A stretch of 64,000 nucleotides of DNA, from NCBI GenBank assembly GCA_047967505.1, contig CM106538.1; one strand, written 5' to 3'. Below the pieces are notes generated by a model. The model ran no database searches. It was given only the letters and a program-made list of their open reading frames with translations, and had not been told where the DNA came from. The position numbers and the translations under genes are program-made. The DNA comes from Dipteris shenzhenensis (Eukaryota). Below are positions 26,983 to 41,569 of the stretch, piece after piece. Position 1 is the stretch's first letter. Each line of letters begins with the position of its first letter.

Positions 26983-29218
26983 CATGTACTATGTAAAACG
27001 ATTCTTTCCCCAAGCTATCTCCATATTCTGGCTAAAGTCATTCACAACATTGATGAAACATTGTTCATCATCATCTTCGAATCTTTTATTTTGTATTAGA
27101 GGTACCAAGCTATCAATGGCTAATCTCACTTGAGCCTTTTCCAATCTTTTTTTCCCCTTCCCCCCTCATTCAATGAATTTTAAAGCCTTGACACCACCAA
27201 AGCTTGGATTACAAGGAACATTGCCTATTTTTCTAGATCTTTTCTCATCTTTTGTAATCTTTACTTGCCTAGAGTGTAGTCTTATATTTGAAAGAACCTT
27301 TTCAATTCTTATTGGGGCTTCAAGTTATATGCATTAATGATGTACAGATGCACCAAGTTTTCAATTATTTTCACAATAGCTTGAAGCACACAAATGTGTA
27401 CTCTCTCAAGAGTAATTTCAAGAATTGGGCTCCATGATGGATCTTTCCCTAGAACATCTCTATCAGGTGCCTTAGTTTGATCTATCTTTGCAAGTTTAGA
27501 AGACCATTGCTTTTGATTCCTTTTACCACCCTTTGTAGGTACTCTCGTTTGCATGCACAGGGGACAAGGATGGATTGTATATGCTCCATGTGCCACATTC
27601 AACATACATTCAATAGTATCAAGGTTAGCAACAGATAGATGCCATTCTACATGGTAGGATCCATAGCCCTCAACTTCAAGCAACTCACCATTGTTATGAC
27701 CTTTGATCACACTTGGGACATAGGTTTGGTCAAAAAAACACTTCAAAATTGGATGTCACTCTTTTGGCACCTGGAAAAAAAACTCATATATTATTTCAAA
27801 ATATTCCAAGTCTTTTTACATTACCGCATTAGAATTCAAATTTCCATGATACCTCAAATTAGGTAGCCAACCAGCAATTCTCTTGTTCTAATTGCACACT
27901 GAACTATCTTGCATCATCGTCAACTTCAAGGTCCAATATTCTATTCTTCATTGTCAAACTAACTCTTTCTAATTTTTGACCTTTGGCCACCTCACTTTCA
28001 TCAAGTTCTAGTACAATCTTCAGTTGACCATTGCATTCCCCCATAGACATATCATAAAACTTCACCATGGCTTCCACAACTCTTCGAACATCCATCACAA
28101 AGTTGTTGTTGACTGTCAATTCCAATTCTTTAGACTCTCCAACCTTTGTTTTCAAAGTTAGTGTACTACATACATGGTGAGGCTCATCGACTAAATCAAG
28201 TACATCCAAATTGAGTGCATGCCTGGCCTTATCAACATTAATTGGTTTGGGAAGTGGGGCTTTAAATTTCTCTCCCATAGAAAGACATGTTGCCATTTAA
28301 GCTCTTAAATATGAGTAGACATGCCCTTGTACTGCTCCCTACAGTATCACAAACTCCCTATGCACTAGTTGCATTGAAATGCCCCACAACTTTGTTCATT
28401 GACTCAGAAGTTATTTCTCATTTTAGACTTTTGAATTTCGGATGTCGTATAACAGACTCCAATACTTTTTCCGTAAACACTTCACCCATAGCACCAGAGT
28501 GTTCATCATGGATAGACATGAGTTCTGAAGCACTCCTACAACGATGCTTCTGACCACTTTTCTTGGATATTTCATCCATTGGATGCAATTTCCTCTTACG
28601 TAGTCTTGGACCCATTGGAGTATCCTTCACATTGAATGATAATGTTTTTTCTAACTTTTTGATGTCATCCTTTAGAGCTGTGTTTTGCATCTGTAAGTGA
28701 ATTACATTTATATTACTCTCTTCCAATTGAGAAAATGTCTGAACCTTTACCTATAATTACTGATTTCTCTATGCCATCATATGTAGACATTTGAACACTT
28801 TTAGCTTGCATAGATGATACAAAATTTTGATTCCAAGCCTCCAATGTTGCAATCCTTTTTATACTTTCATTAAGCAAAGATTAATATTGGTTGTCAAGGC
28901 TACTTGCTCCATGAGCAATCAACATTTGACAATATCCTAACAAATCATTCTCACCCTTATGCAAAAACTTTATTAAGCTGGTCAATCCATGGAATTGAGA
29001 AGTTTGACAAGTCTCTGAATCTACTGGATATATTTTCCCTTCTAACCATGAATTTATATGTGTTTTTCCTTGATTTTGAAGAGCTACTAAATCACTTTCA
29101 CTTGCTAAGGAGGATTCATTCCTCTTTAAAGATGGTGCATTCTTTGCATTAATTTGAAAATGGATATCCACCTTTTTTTAATTTCAAGGGGCTGGTATGA
29201 TTTCATACACTTTCCACC
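26983..29218 (-). pseudogene. RAG1/Transib-like transposase B, main body (possible 5' exons up to ATG ~30394)
   Basis: CNGQLKIVLELDESEV, KLERVSL, YHVEWHL, HPCPLCM, PILEITLERVHIC and AWGKNRFT*YM|gtaatct, colinear with copy A. Confidence 0.8.
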
Positions 29219-30924
29219 TAGTATAATATAACATTGTCATCAACAAACAATATACAAACATGACATGTTTTCAAAAAGTATCAAACCTAGCAAATATGAA
29301 CACCCTAGCTGCATGCACAATCTAATGATTGAAATCTAGAAATTCAAAAAAATATTTACTCATCATCAAACACTATTAAACTATGTGAATGAACAATACG
29401 TCACAAGGATCTTTGAAGGAAAAAAGTGATCAAACTTGTTGTCCTCAATGGTCCCTCTTGTAATCCACGATGCTGAAGTTGATGGATTTTTCTCCAAAAC
29501 TATTTATATGCTTCCAAACAACTCCAAATCTATTTCAAACCATATTTTGTAAAAAAAGAGTGTATCTTTTTTTTTTTCAAATCTTTCTTCCTCTTCAAAT
29601 CATGTATTAAAAGAAAACAACAAAATTACAAAAAAAAACTACAAATTAACTAATTCTTCAAAGTTGCATCATAACATCTCATTTTTTTCATTGTCTTGCA
29701 TTGTTCTAAAGGTTTTCTCACTTGAATATCCATGCAAGTTGCTCTCATACCCCCTGATTTGAGTTGAAAACTGAAAACATTTTAAAACTACATGAATGAA
29801 TAGTACCTGATTCTTGGAGCAAGGTTATTTGAAAGAAAAATGTGATCAAACTTGTCCCTCCCAGTCATCCCTCTTGTGCTCCAAGAATGCTAAATTTGAT
29901 GGTTCTTACTTTAAAACAAATTATATGCCCCCAAACATCTCAAAATCTATTTCAAGTAATATTATATAGAAAACTATTGATAGTAAGACTGGAAAAGAAT
30001 CATTTCTCATGAAATTTCTTTTTCAGAACATGTAATAAAACCAAATAAGACAACTACACAAAATGGACTACAAACTGACTACTTCTTGAAAGTTACATCA
30101 TTAACAAACAAATCTTGTCATAATCACTGTGTTGCATTGTTCCAAAGATTGTCTCACCTTAACCTCCATACAAGCTGTTTGGATAGACCCCAAACCTTCA
30201 CAAATGGTTCGAAATCATGCATCCTTAGAGATTGCAGTAGGAAAACTGAGTAGTATTGAGAGACGCGCAAACAAAGATTGATTTTTATGCATTAGCAAAA
30301 ACTACAATGCCGAAAAGTCAATCTTCTTTGATCCTTTCACACAGAATTCCATCCAGTAGCTCCTTCTAAGGTCCAAACACCTTGCATCATTCATGGTTCA
30401 CTCAGAACATTGATTGCCTTGTCTTCCAGAATGAAATGATTTCAGATCATGGCATAATCTCAAATGAGAGAGGAAATGGTGAGATTTGAAAGATGCCTAA
30501 AATAGAGAAAGAAGAAGGTAGGTTGAATCTCATTCAAAAATCTTGAAAGTTTTGAAAGAATGAGAGTGACATGGGAGGGAAATGAGGGTAGAGAAGAGAA
30601 GTGATGAGATTGCAAATGGTGTTTGCCCCTTATTTATGGATTTTCTTAGAGGTGCTCCTGGATGATTTTTCATATTCTCCGTGCAAAATGAGCATGTGAA
30701 GGTCCGCATGTCCTTTCAAAGAATTGATGAAGCAAATGGTAGCCTCAACCCTATGAAATGCACTATTGGAGCCACTCAAGGTAGGTTGCTTGGGCACATT
30801 GTCTCAGCAGTTGGTGTTAGGCCTGATCTAAAAATTATAGATGCAATTCTTAAGCTCCCCCCACCAAGTACAAAGAATTAGGTGTGCTCATTTGAGAATT
30901 TGGCATGAACTTCATTGATCAATA

Positions 30925-33900
30925 TGTAAGAAAATAAGACAATGTTTATGCTCAACAGATAACAGGATCTCGTACGCAAGAGAGAAAACAAGATAGTATG
31001 GAGAATCAAAAATTTGATTACGGTAGAACTTATACAATAGATGGCGCTGCCTCCCAACCGTGCGCTTCTGTGAAAGAAGCTTCAATGGCATGCCGAAAAT
31101 AGTAGAAGATGGAGGCTGGATGCTAAGGAATCAGGGTTGCTGTAGCCAGTGATGAAATGGGCTTCACGGGCTTGCTCTTATATAGCCACCAGTCGTAGTC
31201 AGTTAGGCTCAATTGGGTGGCCGACCCACTGCCCAAAATGGTCGACTAGGGGTCGGTCCCAAAATAGGCCACTGACCATACGATAGAACCGGTGCACAAA
31301 TCAGAGCAACTAACCTACGGTCTCCGTTCGGCCCACAGCCATCCGTGATCATCTGAGGCTCCAAACGGGCCTTGCAACTCGAGAGTGGCTGCCCTGGGAA
31401 ATGTTCTGTCTACCCTTAGTGCGGTCGGTCAAGGGATGCCTTCCCGCACTTGCATGTAGCCTAGTTGGCAGTGTGCCAACTCTATCTGAAGCCATCCAGC
31501 CTTAGAACACACATGGCCCCCATTTGGTGTCCAAACCAAGACCTACCGGATAACCGAGCTACTCAAATGCCTTCTCCTCATATGGGGGGCTTACAAGTAG
31601 AGTTAGTTGGTTCTCGCGTAGTTACATGAGAGTGGAGCATTGATATCTAACACCCCCCCTCAATGTCCACCTACAAGTGAACTTACTTTTTCGTCCCAAT
31701 GCCAAGTCAATGAAGATGCCTCTCTAGCAGGTCTCTTCCAAGAGCCTTCATGAAGATGTCCACAGCATTCTCTATAGTCGGACAATACACCAAGTCGACC
31801 TCTCCATCCATGATGAGCTCACGTACAAAGTGATATTGAATCTCAATGTGTTTTGTGCGAGCGTGCAACACTGGGTTCTTTGCAATCACCATGCAACTCT
31901 AATTATCACATGATAACTGCGTAGGAGGCTTGTTCTACACTGCACCCATGTCCCCCAAAATCCTCCTCAACCACACTGCCTCGCAAGAAGCAAAGCTTGC
32001 ATATTTGTACTCGACCTCGGTAGAAGAAAGAGCAACTGTGGGTTGCTTCTTGCTGACCCATGACACAACTCCAATCTCATGTGAGAAACAGTACCCTGTC
32101 AGTGATCTTCTGCTATCCACGTCTCCTGCCTAATCCGAGTAACAGAATCCGGTCAAGATGTTGCCCTTGGTATAGGTGATGCCATAATCAAGTGTGCCTT
32201 TGATGTATTTCAGCACCCACATCCCTGCCCTCCAATGGTTCTCTCGGGGCTTATTGGAAAACCTGGTTAGTACACCAGTCGCAAAAGTGATGTCCGGCTA
32301 TGTATTGCACAAGTAAATCAAGCTGCCCACAAGCCTTTTGTACTTCGCTTCGTCCACCAGTGGTGATGAATCCTCGTTTGAGAGCTTTGCATCAATCTCC
32401 ATAGGGGTACCAACTATCTTGCACTCAGCCATGCCAAATGCCTTCAGTATCTCTCCAGCATACTTCAATTGTGAAATGAAGATCTGTTTCGACTCCAAAC
32501 TTCAATCCCCAAACAAAAATGCATCAGTTCGAGGTCTGTCATTTCAAACTCTCTTCCTAGCAAATGCTTTGTCTGCGAGATCTTCTCTTCATGGTTCCCT
32601 GTTATGACAAGGTCGTCCACATAAAGGACCACAATCATACACCTGCCTCCTTCTCTGAAGATATACAAATCTGCATCATATGGGCTCCTCCTGAACCCAT
32701 TTTGTAGAAAGTAGGCATCAATTCACTGGTACCATGCTCGTGGGGCCTGTTTCAGCCCATAAAGTGCCTTCTTTAGTTTGCATTTTACCTTCTGAACTGG
32801 GGATCTCAAAACCTGTGGTTGTTCCACGTATACCTCCTCCTTGAGATCTCCATTCAGAAAGGTGGATTTCACATCCATCTGAAACACAGGCCAACTTCCC
32901 TGGGTAGCTAAAGCCAAAACACTGTGAATTGTGGTTAGTCAAGCTGTGGGAGCAAAAGTATCTTGATAATCAAAACCATGTACCTGTGCAAATCCTTTTG
33001 CCCTGAGCCGAGCCTTATACTTATCCAACATGCGGTCGGACTTATACTTGGTCTTGTACACCCACTTGGTTCCAATTACCTTGTGTTTTGGTGGTCGATC
33101 CACAAGGTCCCAAGTGTTGTTCTTCATTATGGAGCCATACTCTGACTGCATAGCCTCCATCCACCTATCATCGCCCTCTGCCTCTTCACTGCCTCTTCAA
33201 GACACTTGGGTTCATCAGCACGGATCACTTCTATCATCAAAGCATACTTGACCAAGTGTTCCTGCGCCCTTCTTTGCTGGACCTCTAATTTCTTGGACCG
33301 GTGGTGTTCGGATGGTTCCTCCTCAATGGCTGGAGGTTCTCTGTCGTTCAAAAGTTGCTTTACCCACTTCAGGAATGGCCGTTGCCATTGTGGTTCTACA
33401 GGCTCTTCTTCATCTTCTTTGTCTTGAATCCTCTCAAGCACCGTTGGGGGAGTTCGGTTTGCTATTGGTGGCGGTACTGGATGGATATCCTGGTCTTGGT
33501 TGTTTGGGAAGGAAGCATCCTCCTCCAATTGATGCGGTTGTTTTGAGAAGACCACATCACGACTTAAAATGACCTTCTTGGTAACACGGTTATAGAGACG
33601 GTAACCCTTCGCCTCTTCACTGTAGCCCAAGAAAATACACTTCCGGCTCTTCGGTTCCCATTTTGTCCTGGTAGCATCAAGGACATGCACAAAACAATCA
33701 CATCCGAAAATTCTGAAATGTGCAGCTGAAGGTTTCTTACCAGAAAAGGCCTGCAGTGGAGTCATCCCATTCACACCCTTCGTGTAGCTATGATTGATAA
33801 TGTAAACTATAGTGTTACATGCTTCAGCCTAGAAAGTCTTTGGCAAATCTTTCCCTTTCATCATACTCCGGCCCATTTTGCAGATGACGCGCATCTTGCG

Positions 33901-36501
33901 TTCTGCTACTCCATTTTGCTGTGATGTATGTGGCGGGGGTTTCTGCCTCTTGATTCCGTGACTTTTGTAGTAACTTTCGAATTTAGTCGATGTGAACTCT
34001 CCACCTCTGTCTGATCTTAGATTCTTCACCTTCCTCCTTGATTCTTTCTCGACCATTACATGCCATTCCTTGAACCTACTGAAAGTCTCGTCTTTCGTCT
34101 TCAGGAAGTATATCCATATCCTTCTACTATTGTCGTCGATCAGTGTCATGAAGCAGAAGGAACCACCCAAAGCTTCTGTCTCCATCTTTTTGCAGAGGTC
34201 CGTGTGAACGAGCTCTAGAGGAGCCTTTACCCTGCTGGCCTCTTTGGGAAAGGCCTGCCGATGCTGCTTGCCCATCATGCAAGCTTCACATACATCGGGC
34301 AGATCTAAAATTTCGGGTAGGTCTGCAATCATTCCACTTTTATGCATCTCCTTCAAAGAACTAAGGTTTAGATGACCAAACCTCTCATGCCACAGCTTAG
34401 TGTTCTTCACATCCACTCGAGCATCCACTCGAGCACTGAAAGCTGAGAGTTCGAAAATGTTGTTGCGTCGTGTACCTTTACCAACGACCTTCCCTTGAAG
34501 ATCTAGGATCTGTGCACCATTCTTATCAAATTGAACTTTGAGGTCCCGATCCGTGATTGTAGAAACGGACAACAAGTTCCTCTTGATATCTAGCACATAA
34601 AGAACATCGGACAACTGTTTTACAACTCCATCTAACTTGAGAGCAGTCGTACCTTTTCCTTTTCTAGACATTTTGCATCATTGCCGACTGCCACCATGAT
34701 GTCATTCCCTACCGGTTGTAGAGAGGTATACCAATCCTTCTGACTGGTCATGTGGCGCGATGCACCAATGTCAATGATCCACGGTTCATCTGCAAGTACA
34801 TGAACTGCCTCCATGCAAATCTCCTCAATTGCGACGAACAGCTCTATTGGTACTGCCTGCGCGCTGTTGTTGGACTCTTTCTTTACTCCGTTCTTCTCAT
34901 CTGCAATCTTCTGCGGTACTCATTCTGCTTGTGCCCTACCTTGTTGCAATAGAAGCACTTGATCTTCTTCTTTCTCTTTTTGTCATCAGAAGAAGATGGG
35001 TTACCAGAGTCCTTACCTTGCCTTTCTTTGATCCGGTCCAAAAAGCCGAATCTTCTCCAGTCCTCATCTTTTGACGCATCTCCTCCTCTAGAAGCATCGC
35101 ACTGAAATCCTCAAAGTTGAGGGGCGGATTTCTATTCTACGTATTCAGTGCCGTAACAATACCATCATACTTTGGTGGGAGAATCCGTATGCACCTTCAT
35201 GCTAGATTCTCACTGGTGATGGTGATGCCAATCGCAGTCAGCTGATCGCGCAGATTCTTTACCCTGGTGATGAACTTCTCTGCCTCTTCAGACTCAGACA
35301 ATTTTTCGTTTGCGAGTTGAGTCTCCAGATTCTGAATCCGCATCTGATTCGTGGTCTCATACTGATTTTTCAAGACCGTCCATGCCTCCTCCACTGTGGT
35401 GACATGTTGAATTAATGCCATGACAGAATCACTAACACTTCAGACAATAGAACACAGCACATCTGCATTTCTTCTTGTCCATGCGAGAATCTCATCTGCA
35501 GTTGGTACTATCTATTGTCCTGCATTGGCTGGATCCGGTCTCGGAACCAGCCTCACGTCCACCCCAGTAGTAGTGTCCCAAAGCTCATATGCGCTTAGGA
35601 TGGTATTCATCTTGAACTTCTAGAGAGGATAGTTAGAGCCATCCAACTTTTCACTTTCACCGAACGGTGGGATTCGCAGTCTTGCAGGCTGGGCCATCTC
35701 TCACAATCTGCTCGCAAACAGAAACACACTACCAAATCTTCTTGCTAGAGTCCAGGCTCTGATACCATGTAAGAAAATAATACAACATTTGTGCTCAACA
35801 GATAACAGGATTGCATATGCAAGAGAGAAAACAAGATAGTATGGAGAATCAAAAATTTGATTACTGTAGAACTAATACAATAGACGGCGCTGCCTCCCAA
35901 CCGTGTGCTCTTGTGAAAGAAGCTTCGATGGTGTGCTGGAAATAGTAGAAGATGGAGGCTGGATGCTAAGGAATCAGGGTTTTTGTAGCCAATGATGAAA
36001 TGGGCTTCACGAGCTTGCTCTTATATAGCCACCAGTCGTAGTCGGTTAGGCTCAATTGGGTGGCCGACCCAGTCCACCCAAAATGGTCGATTGGGGGTCG
36101 GTCTCGAAATAGGCCACTGACCATACGATAGAACCGGTGCACAAAATAGAGCAACTGACCTACGGTATTCGTTCGGCCCACAGCCATCCAGGATCATTTA
36201 AGGCTCCAAACGGGCCCTGCAACCCGAGAGTGGGTTGCCCCAGGAAATGCTCCGTCTACCCTCAGTGCGGTCAGTCAAGGGATGCCTTCCTGCACTTGCA
36301 TGTAGCCTAGTTGGTAGTGTGCCAACTCTATCTAAAGCCGTCCAGCCATCAGGCCACACATGGCCCCCATCTGGTGTCCAAACCAAGACCTACCGGATAA
36401 CCGAGCTACTCAAATGCCTTCTCCTCATATGGGGGGCTTACAAGTAGAGCTAGCTGACCATCCCACGTAGTTACACAAGAGTGGACCATTGATATCTGAC
36501 A
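30925..36501 (-). mobile_element. Full-length Ty1/copia LTR retrotransposon (degenerate)
   Basis: LTRs at 30925-31652 and 35768-36501, TSD CAATA, PBS (rc TGGTATCAGAGC) at 35756-35767 and PPT at ~31653-31660. An empty site is present in the duplicate near 61420. Confidence 0.97.
31680..35697 (-). pseudogene. copia gag-pol polyprotein with stops and frameshifts
   Basis: WIIDIGASRHM, LWHERFGH, LRSDRGGEF, QQNGVAER, QMDVKSTFLNG, YVDD and RTKHIEIQYHFVRE. Confidence 0.96.
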
Positions 36502-39500
36502 CAATATGCCACTTTGACATGGACCATGACTATGTTATTGAAAGATGGTGTTGATTTCTCTTGGTGTGAGGACTGTGATCAAGGGTGCTCTTGCTTATGA
36601 ACCCATCCTATGCAATCTTGATTCATCTAAGACCTTCATACAAACCCAGGATTTGGCGATCACAATTTTGTAGGAATTCTTCTCCAACAAGGGGAGGAAT
36701 GATTCAAATATCCCAATCGGTTTGCTTCATAGGGCAGATGCTTGAAACAGAGCAAAGCTATTCAAAGTCTGACATGCATGCTCTATCTTTGGTGTTTTTC
36801 ATTGAAAAGTTTAAGCACTATGTGGCAGGTAGACCCTTCATTATCATTTCAAGCAATGGCCTTGCAAAGCAAGTTTTGCAGTCACCAAATCCCCTAGGCC
36901 AATTGGCTAAGTGGTTGGAAATCCTTCTAGGATATGACTTTTCTTTCAAGATTGTAAAACGGGGTTGTTACATTTGAATAATTCCTTGATTTTTCTAGAA
37001 GAATGTCATGATGTAAACCTTGTAGCAGCCATAGAAGTGAATGATCCATGGTATGGAGGCATTTATAGGTTTTTGGCTACTATTTCTTTTCTGCCTAATG
37101 ACACCTATTATGAGTGGAAGAAGATACGTAGAGATAGTAGACACTCTACCCTCTTTGATGGAGTTTTGCTCCACCAAGGCATGGATGGAGTATTGAGGAG
37201 GGATATTGATGTAGAAGAAGTGCCAAAAGTGTGATTAGGTTGGTGCTTTCCATTTTAAGCTTTTCCCATTTCGCCTAGCACTTCCGTGACATTGTCGACA
37301 CCCACTTCACCATCCAATATTGCCATGGACTTTCTAGTTTGGTAGAAGGTAGGAATCACAACATTTCTATCATTACGCTCAAAGTACTTACCCAGCTTGG
37401 TGATTGGTTTCTTCAGCAAGTTTGGCGCTTTGGTAGGAGCTTCTACTACCTCGGTGGCCACTTCTCCTGGAGTGCCCATTTGTCTATTCATCCAATTAGA
37501 GAGGTATAGTTACGAGACACACCATTCATATTCTATCATGATTTACTATAAGTGTGGTTAGAGTATTACCCCAGCCACACTTGTATATTCTATCCACTAT
37601 GTCTAATAATATTTTCCAACTTGTAGGCACACTCGTAGAAAGTGACGATCCTCAAAGGGCGGTGCGTGCGCATGCTATAATGATGAGTCAAATCATAGCG
37701 TGATCATTTAAGATGTTCACGTCCATCTGATCTCTATCTTATTGAAGGAAGTATTTCGATTGAACATGCCAGTAGCCCGTAGTCCCCATTAGTAGTTACA
37801 TAATGCTACAATGCTTATTTTAACAATGGCAGCTACTCACAATCACAAGGAGATCTGATTAAAAAAGCACTTGATAAAGGCCTCTAAGTAGTCTATAGAT
37901 TTTTGTCAAAGCTAGTTGGCTTGAAGATTTGTGTGGTATGTGTGCCATGATAATATCTGGCTCGAATGGTCACGTCATTAGAAGATGGCCATGAAGTGGA
38001 TTTGTTCCTCATCTTTGAGAAAACATTTGAACCATAGTTGAAGTCTATTATCAAAGGACCAACCCACCACAAGCTCAGATGCCACTTTGTATGTTGTACC
38101 ATAGACTCACATTCGGTAAGGTACAATAGCCAAAATCCATTCCTACACCTCTTGGATAAGCTGGAACATCTAGAGATAAGGACATCAAGCAACATTCTAA
38201 GGAACAGGGCCCTAAGGAGCATATTGACCATAGCAACCAAAAGAATTGAGAGGGGAACAATGATGAGGGAACCTCCCAGTAGCAATCAATGTTAGGTAGA
38301 TAGAGGTTTATAAGGCAGCCACAGGTGAAGTTGCCACTAAACAACATAGGCAAGAGGTGCCTATAGGTGATAAAGTCAACACTAAGCAACGCCAAGAGAT
38401 ACCAACCAAGCAATAAAATTAGCCCAAGCAGGAGCAAAATACTAGCGGAGTAGCAGTGGCAGCTCCAACCAGCACCATCACACCCCTTGTGCCTCCTACA
38501 ATCTTCAAACCGTACCCCCTCTTGAGCTATTTTCACTCCATCCTCCTATGATGATGCATGATGATCATCAGAATCACAATGCCACCAATTCACAGTGGAA
38601 AATTCTTAGGGAGAACATGCTCCATGTCGCCCCGGCTCTAGATTACCTAGCCAACCACTAGATTCCTCCCTAGGCGTTGGATCACAAATTTTTTCTTCAA
38701 ACACAGTATCAGGAGGGGCTAGCTTGGTTTTTTGAGGTGCACAAAGCTAGTCTATGACAAGCATAGGATGATCTCACTAGCAAATGAGACAGTTTATAGG
38801 AGCAGCTCGCTAGCAACAAAAAATTTGTTTATGATGAGCTAGTGGAAGTCACTCCCTATTGCACCAAATTCATACCAACCATAGCAATCTAAAGTGTGAA
38901 GTGGATAGATTGTGATCCTTAATGCCAGGTCCAAATATGAGAAGATAAATTTCACAGAAGTAGTCAATCACTAACTCCGAATAGGGTATATCCAAAGATT
39001 CTCTAGGTGGCACATGATGAGGTAGTGACTATGAGAGTGGAGAATGCCAAGCTCTGACAAGCAGGGGCAGAGGTTGAAAGCCCAAGGAGGGAGATTTTTT
39101 GCCTCAAGGGAAAGATGGAGAATTATGCCCAACTCCAATATTTGATTTGATTATTCCAAGCACCCAAACTACCCCAAAGACAAGAGCTTGATAATGATGA
39201 TTTGGCTATGAGAATACTAGTGTGTGCCATCTATCGAAAACTACTTCCTAGGTAGGTACCTTGAAGCATAAGTTTGCAAGTAATGGCAACAACACTATAG
39301 GCACTTCCAAGGTAGCTAAATTTGTGACTCCATAGGCCCTTCTACTATTGGATCCAATGGCTGAGCATCATGCAAAGAAGTGGAAACTCACACCCATACT
39401 AGTTTTGCAAAGGTGGGAGTTCAAGTATCTTTTTTGGCAGAGAACAGTTTTGAAGTAGGACCCAAAGATCACTTGAGAGGGTTCCCAAAGCCGAGCCCAT

Positions 39501-41569
39501 TTTGGTAGGATAGGATCTTCCAAATGTTGTCATAATACCCCAAGTCCTCCGAGTACCCTAGCTATGAGCTCTTACTTATTAGCTATATAGGGCTTGGTGA
39601 TAGGATTGATATTAACTCCCCTACTCCACCACACCCTCTGCACTACGGTGTATTAGGGCTGGTCCAACCTGAAATATCAGTATACAACTATGCTGTATGT
39701 ACCTTTGATATTTTTTTTCAAGACTGATCAGTGTGCTAGCACAATGTTTTTATGTCCGAGTGAAAGAATCATTAGTACCCACACCATTAAGGTGGTAGCT
39801 ATATGGAACAATACACATGATTTACATAAAGATCTACTTACAAAGTGGCAGGAGCGAGTCACACCCACTCAAAAGTATATGTCACTCATTCTGATAATGC
39901 ATTGGGCATATCCGACCCTCCCAAGGACCCCATTATTTAGTTTTGGTCAATGGATTGGCTAACTCATCTAGATACGCCACCACTAGATAGTAACTCTCTA
40001 CTCATTTCCTCCTCTTAAACATAGCAAAGGTTCAATCCCTTCTTCTCTCGATCTCCAACTCATTGTCCCTTGTTCCCCTTCATCTGACAAGTCTGGACAC
40101 TCCTTTGCACGAGGTCCATCTACTTACCCTCCTTGATGAAACCACAATCCCACATGATGACCTCACAATCTCAACCCCCATGCCTCAGCATTTGAGCAAC
40201 AAATGGTACCTACTAGTTTGGAACCGTGATGACCTGGTTGAAAGATTCCAAGGCAAAATTTTGTCCCTCGAGTTAAGGCCAACAAAGGGAAAAGGATCTT
40301 ACCAATATAGGACCAAGCTTGGTATCTATAGATGGTGTCAGAGCATGTCATTGGCTAACTCTCATAGGAAGCGATCTTGGGTGGTGTGACCTTGGTTAAT
40401 TTTTGAATGGCGAGTATCGGTAGCAGAAAGTGGTGAAGCAAATTACTAAGGGTGGTTGACCAATGCCGAGTAGTGGTGCAACGACCGCGTGCCACCTTTA
40501 GAAGGCAATTTTAAAGTATTTTAGAAAAGCATTGTAATAGGGAGAAAGGAAGAGAGTGTGACATTATGAATTCACGCTCTTCCGCTCACCTATCTTGCTA
40601 GGTTAGGGAGCCTACATTACTACGCCTTCATCCTTTTTTGACATTTTTCTATTGAAATTTAGCATGCACGGGTGCCAAAACCATCAATAGGGCTCATAGG
40701 TTGGTTTTACATTGGTATTAGCATCGCTATATACTAACACTCATTAACGTTAGTAAATACCAATGTTTCCTTAATGTCCGCATATACCTATGGTAGCAAA
40801 AGTTGGTATATACCATTGGTAATATCGACACTGGTAAAAGTTTTATATAGTAACAGAATTATAGAACGTGGTTTGCAATCCTGGGGTGCCAACTCCCTTT
40901 AGTAAGAAAACCTATCAAAATCTTGAGTATGAGATGAATTTAACAATATGCCATGCATAGAAATTATTCAAATTAACATAGTTGTGTTCTACACTAAAAG
41001 AGCTTCAAATATGTTTTTACACCTTGAAATTTGGGTAACACATGAAAAAGTTACATTCATTTGAAAGGAGATGGGTTTTCATATTTTAGTGTATTTTTTG
41101 TTTTACCTTCCCTCATTTAAAAGAGCCCCCCCCCCCCCCCCCCCTCTTTGGCCTCACATATTATGAAAAATATGTACAAATCTTAAAATCTTGCATATTT
41201 TTCAACGCATATATCTTATATTTTCAATTTTTTGGGAGGGGGGACATGAGATTTTCATATTTTTCCCTTACATATTTGAAATTTTCAAAGGAATTCCATG
41301 TACATTATTTATGGACCTTGTCCCCCCATACCTTGGATTTTAGATGAGGGTAGTAACATATTACATATTGAGTTGGTGCCCTAGGTTTGCAATAAGACCC
41401 CAAATAAGTTTTTGCTACAAGTTTTGTCATTTGAAATATAAGAGTGTGTATATTGAGTTTTAGATCAAAAAAGTCAAGTATTCATGGCAAATTGAATATA
41501 CAAATGTACATAATGCCACTATAAAAGTGAAAGGGGAAAAGATTAAAAGCCTTATCAATGGCAAAAGAA

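Larger units (their letters stand above)
30681..37234 (+). pseudogene. Ty3/gypsy pol fragment (RT end 30681-30924; RNase H and linker 36507-37234), split by copia; no LTRs; inverted copy at ~60692-61671
   Basis: LNPMKC…LLGHIVS..GVRPD…I..LPPP, ALSLVFFIEKFKHYVAGRPF, GQLAKW…YDF and DGVLRR.I..EEV. Confidence 0.85.

Noticed and set aside
40873-41392. Possible MITE bounded by an imperfect 23-bp inverted repeat (TTGCAA-CCT-GGG-CCAACTC)
   Set aside because: No TSD or second copy seen; too weak to call.
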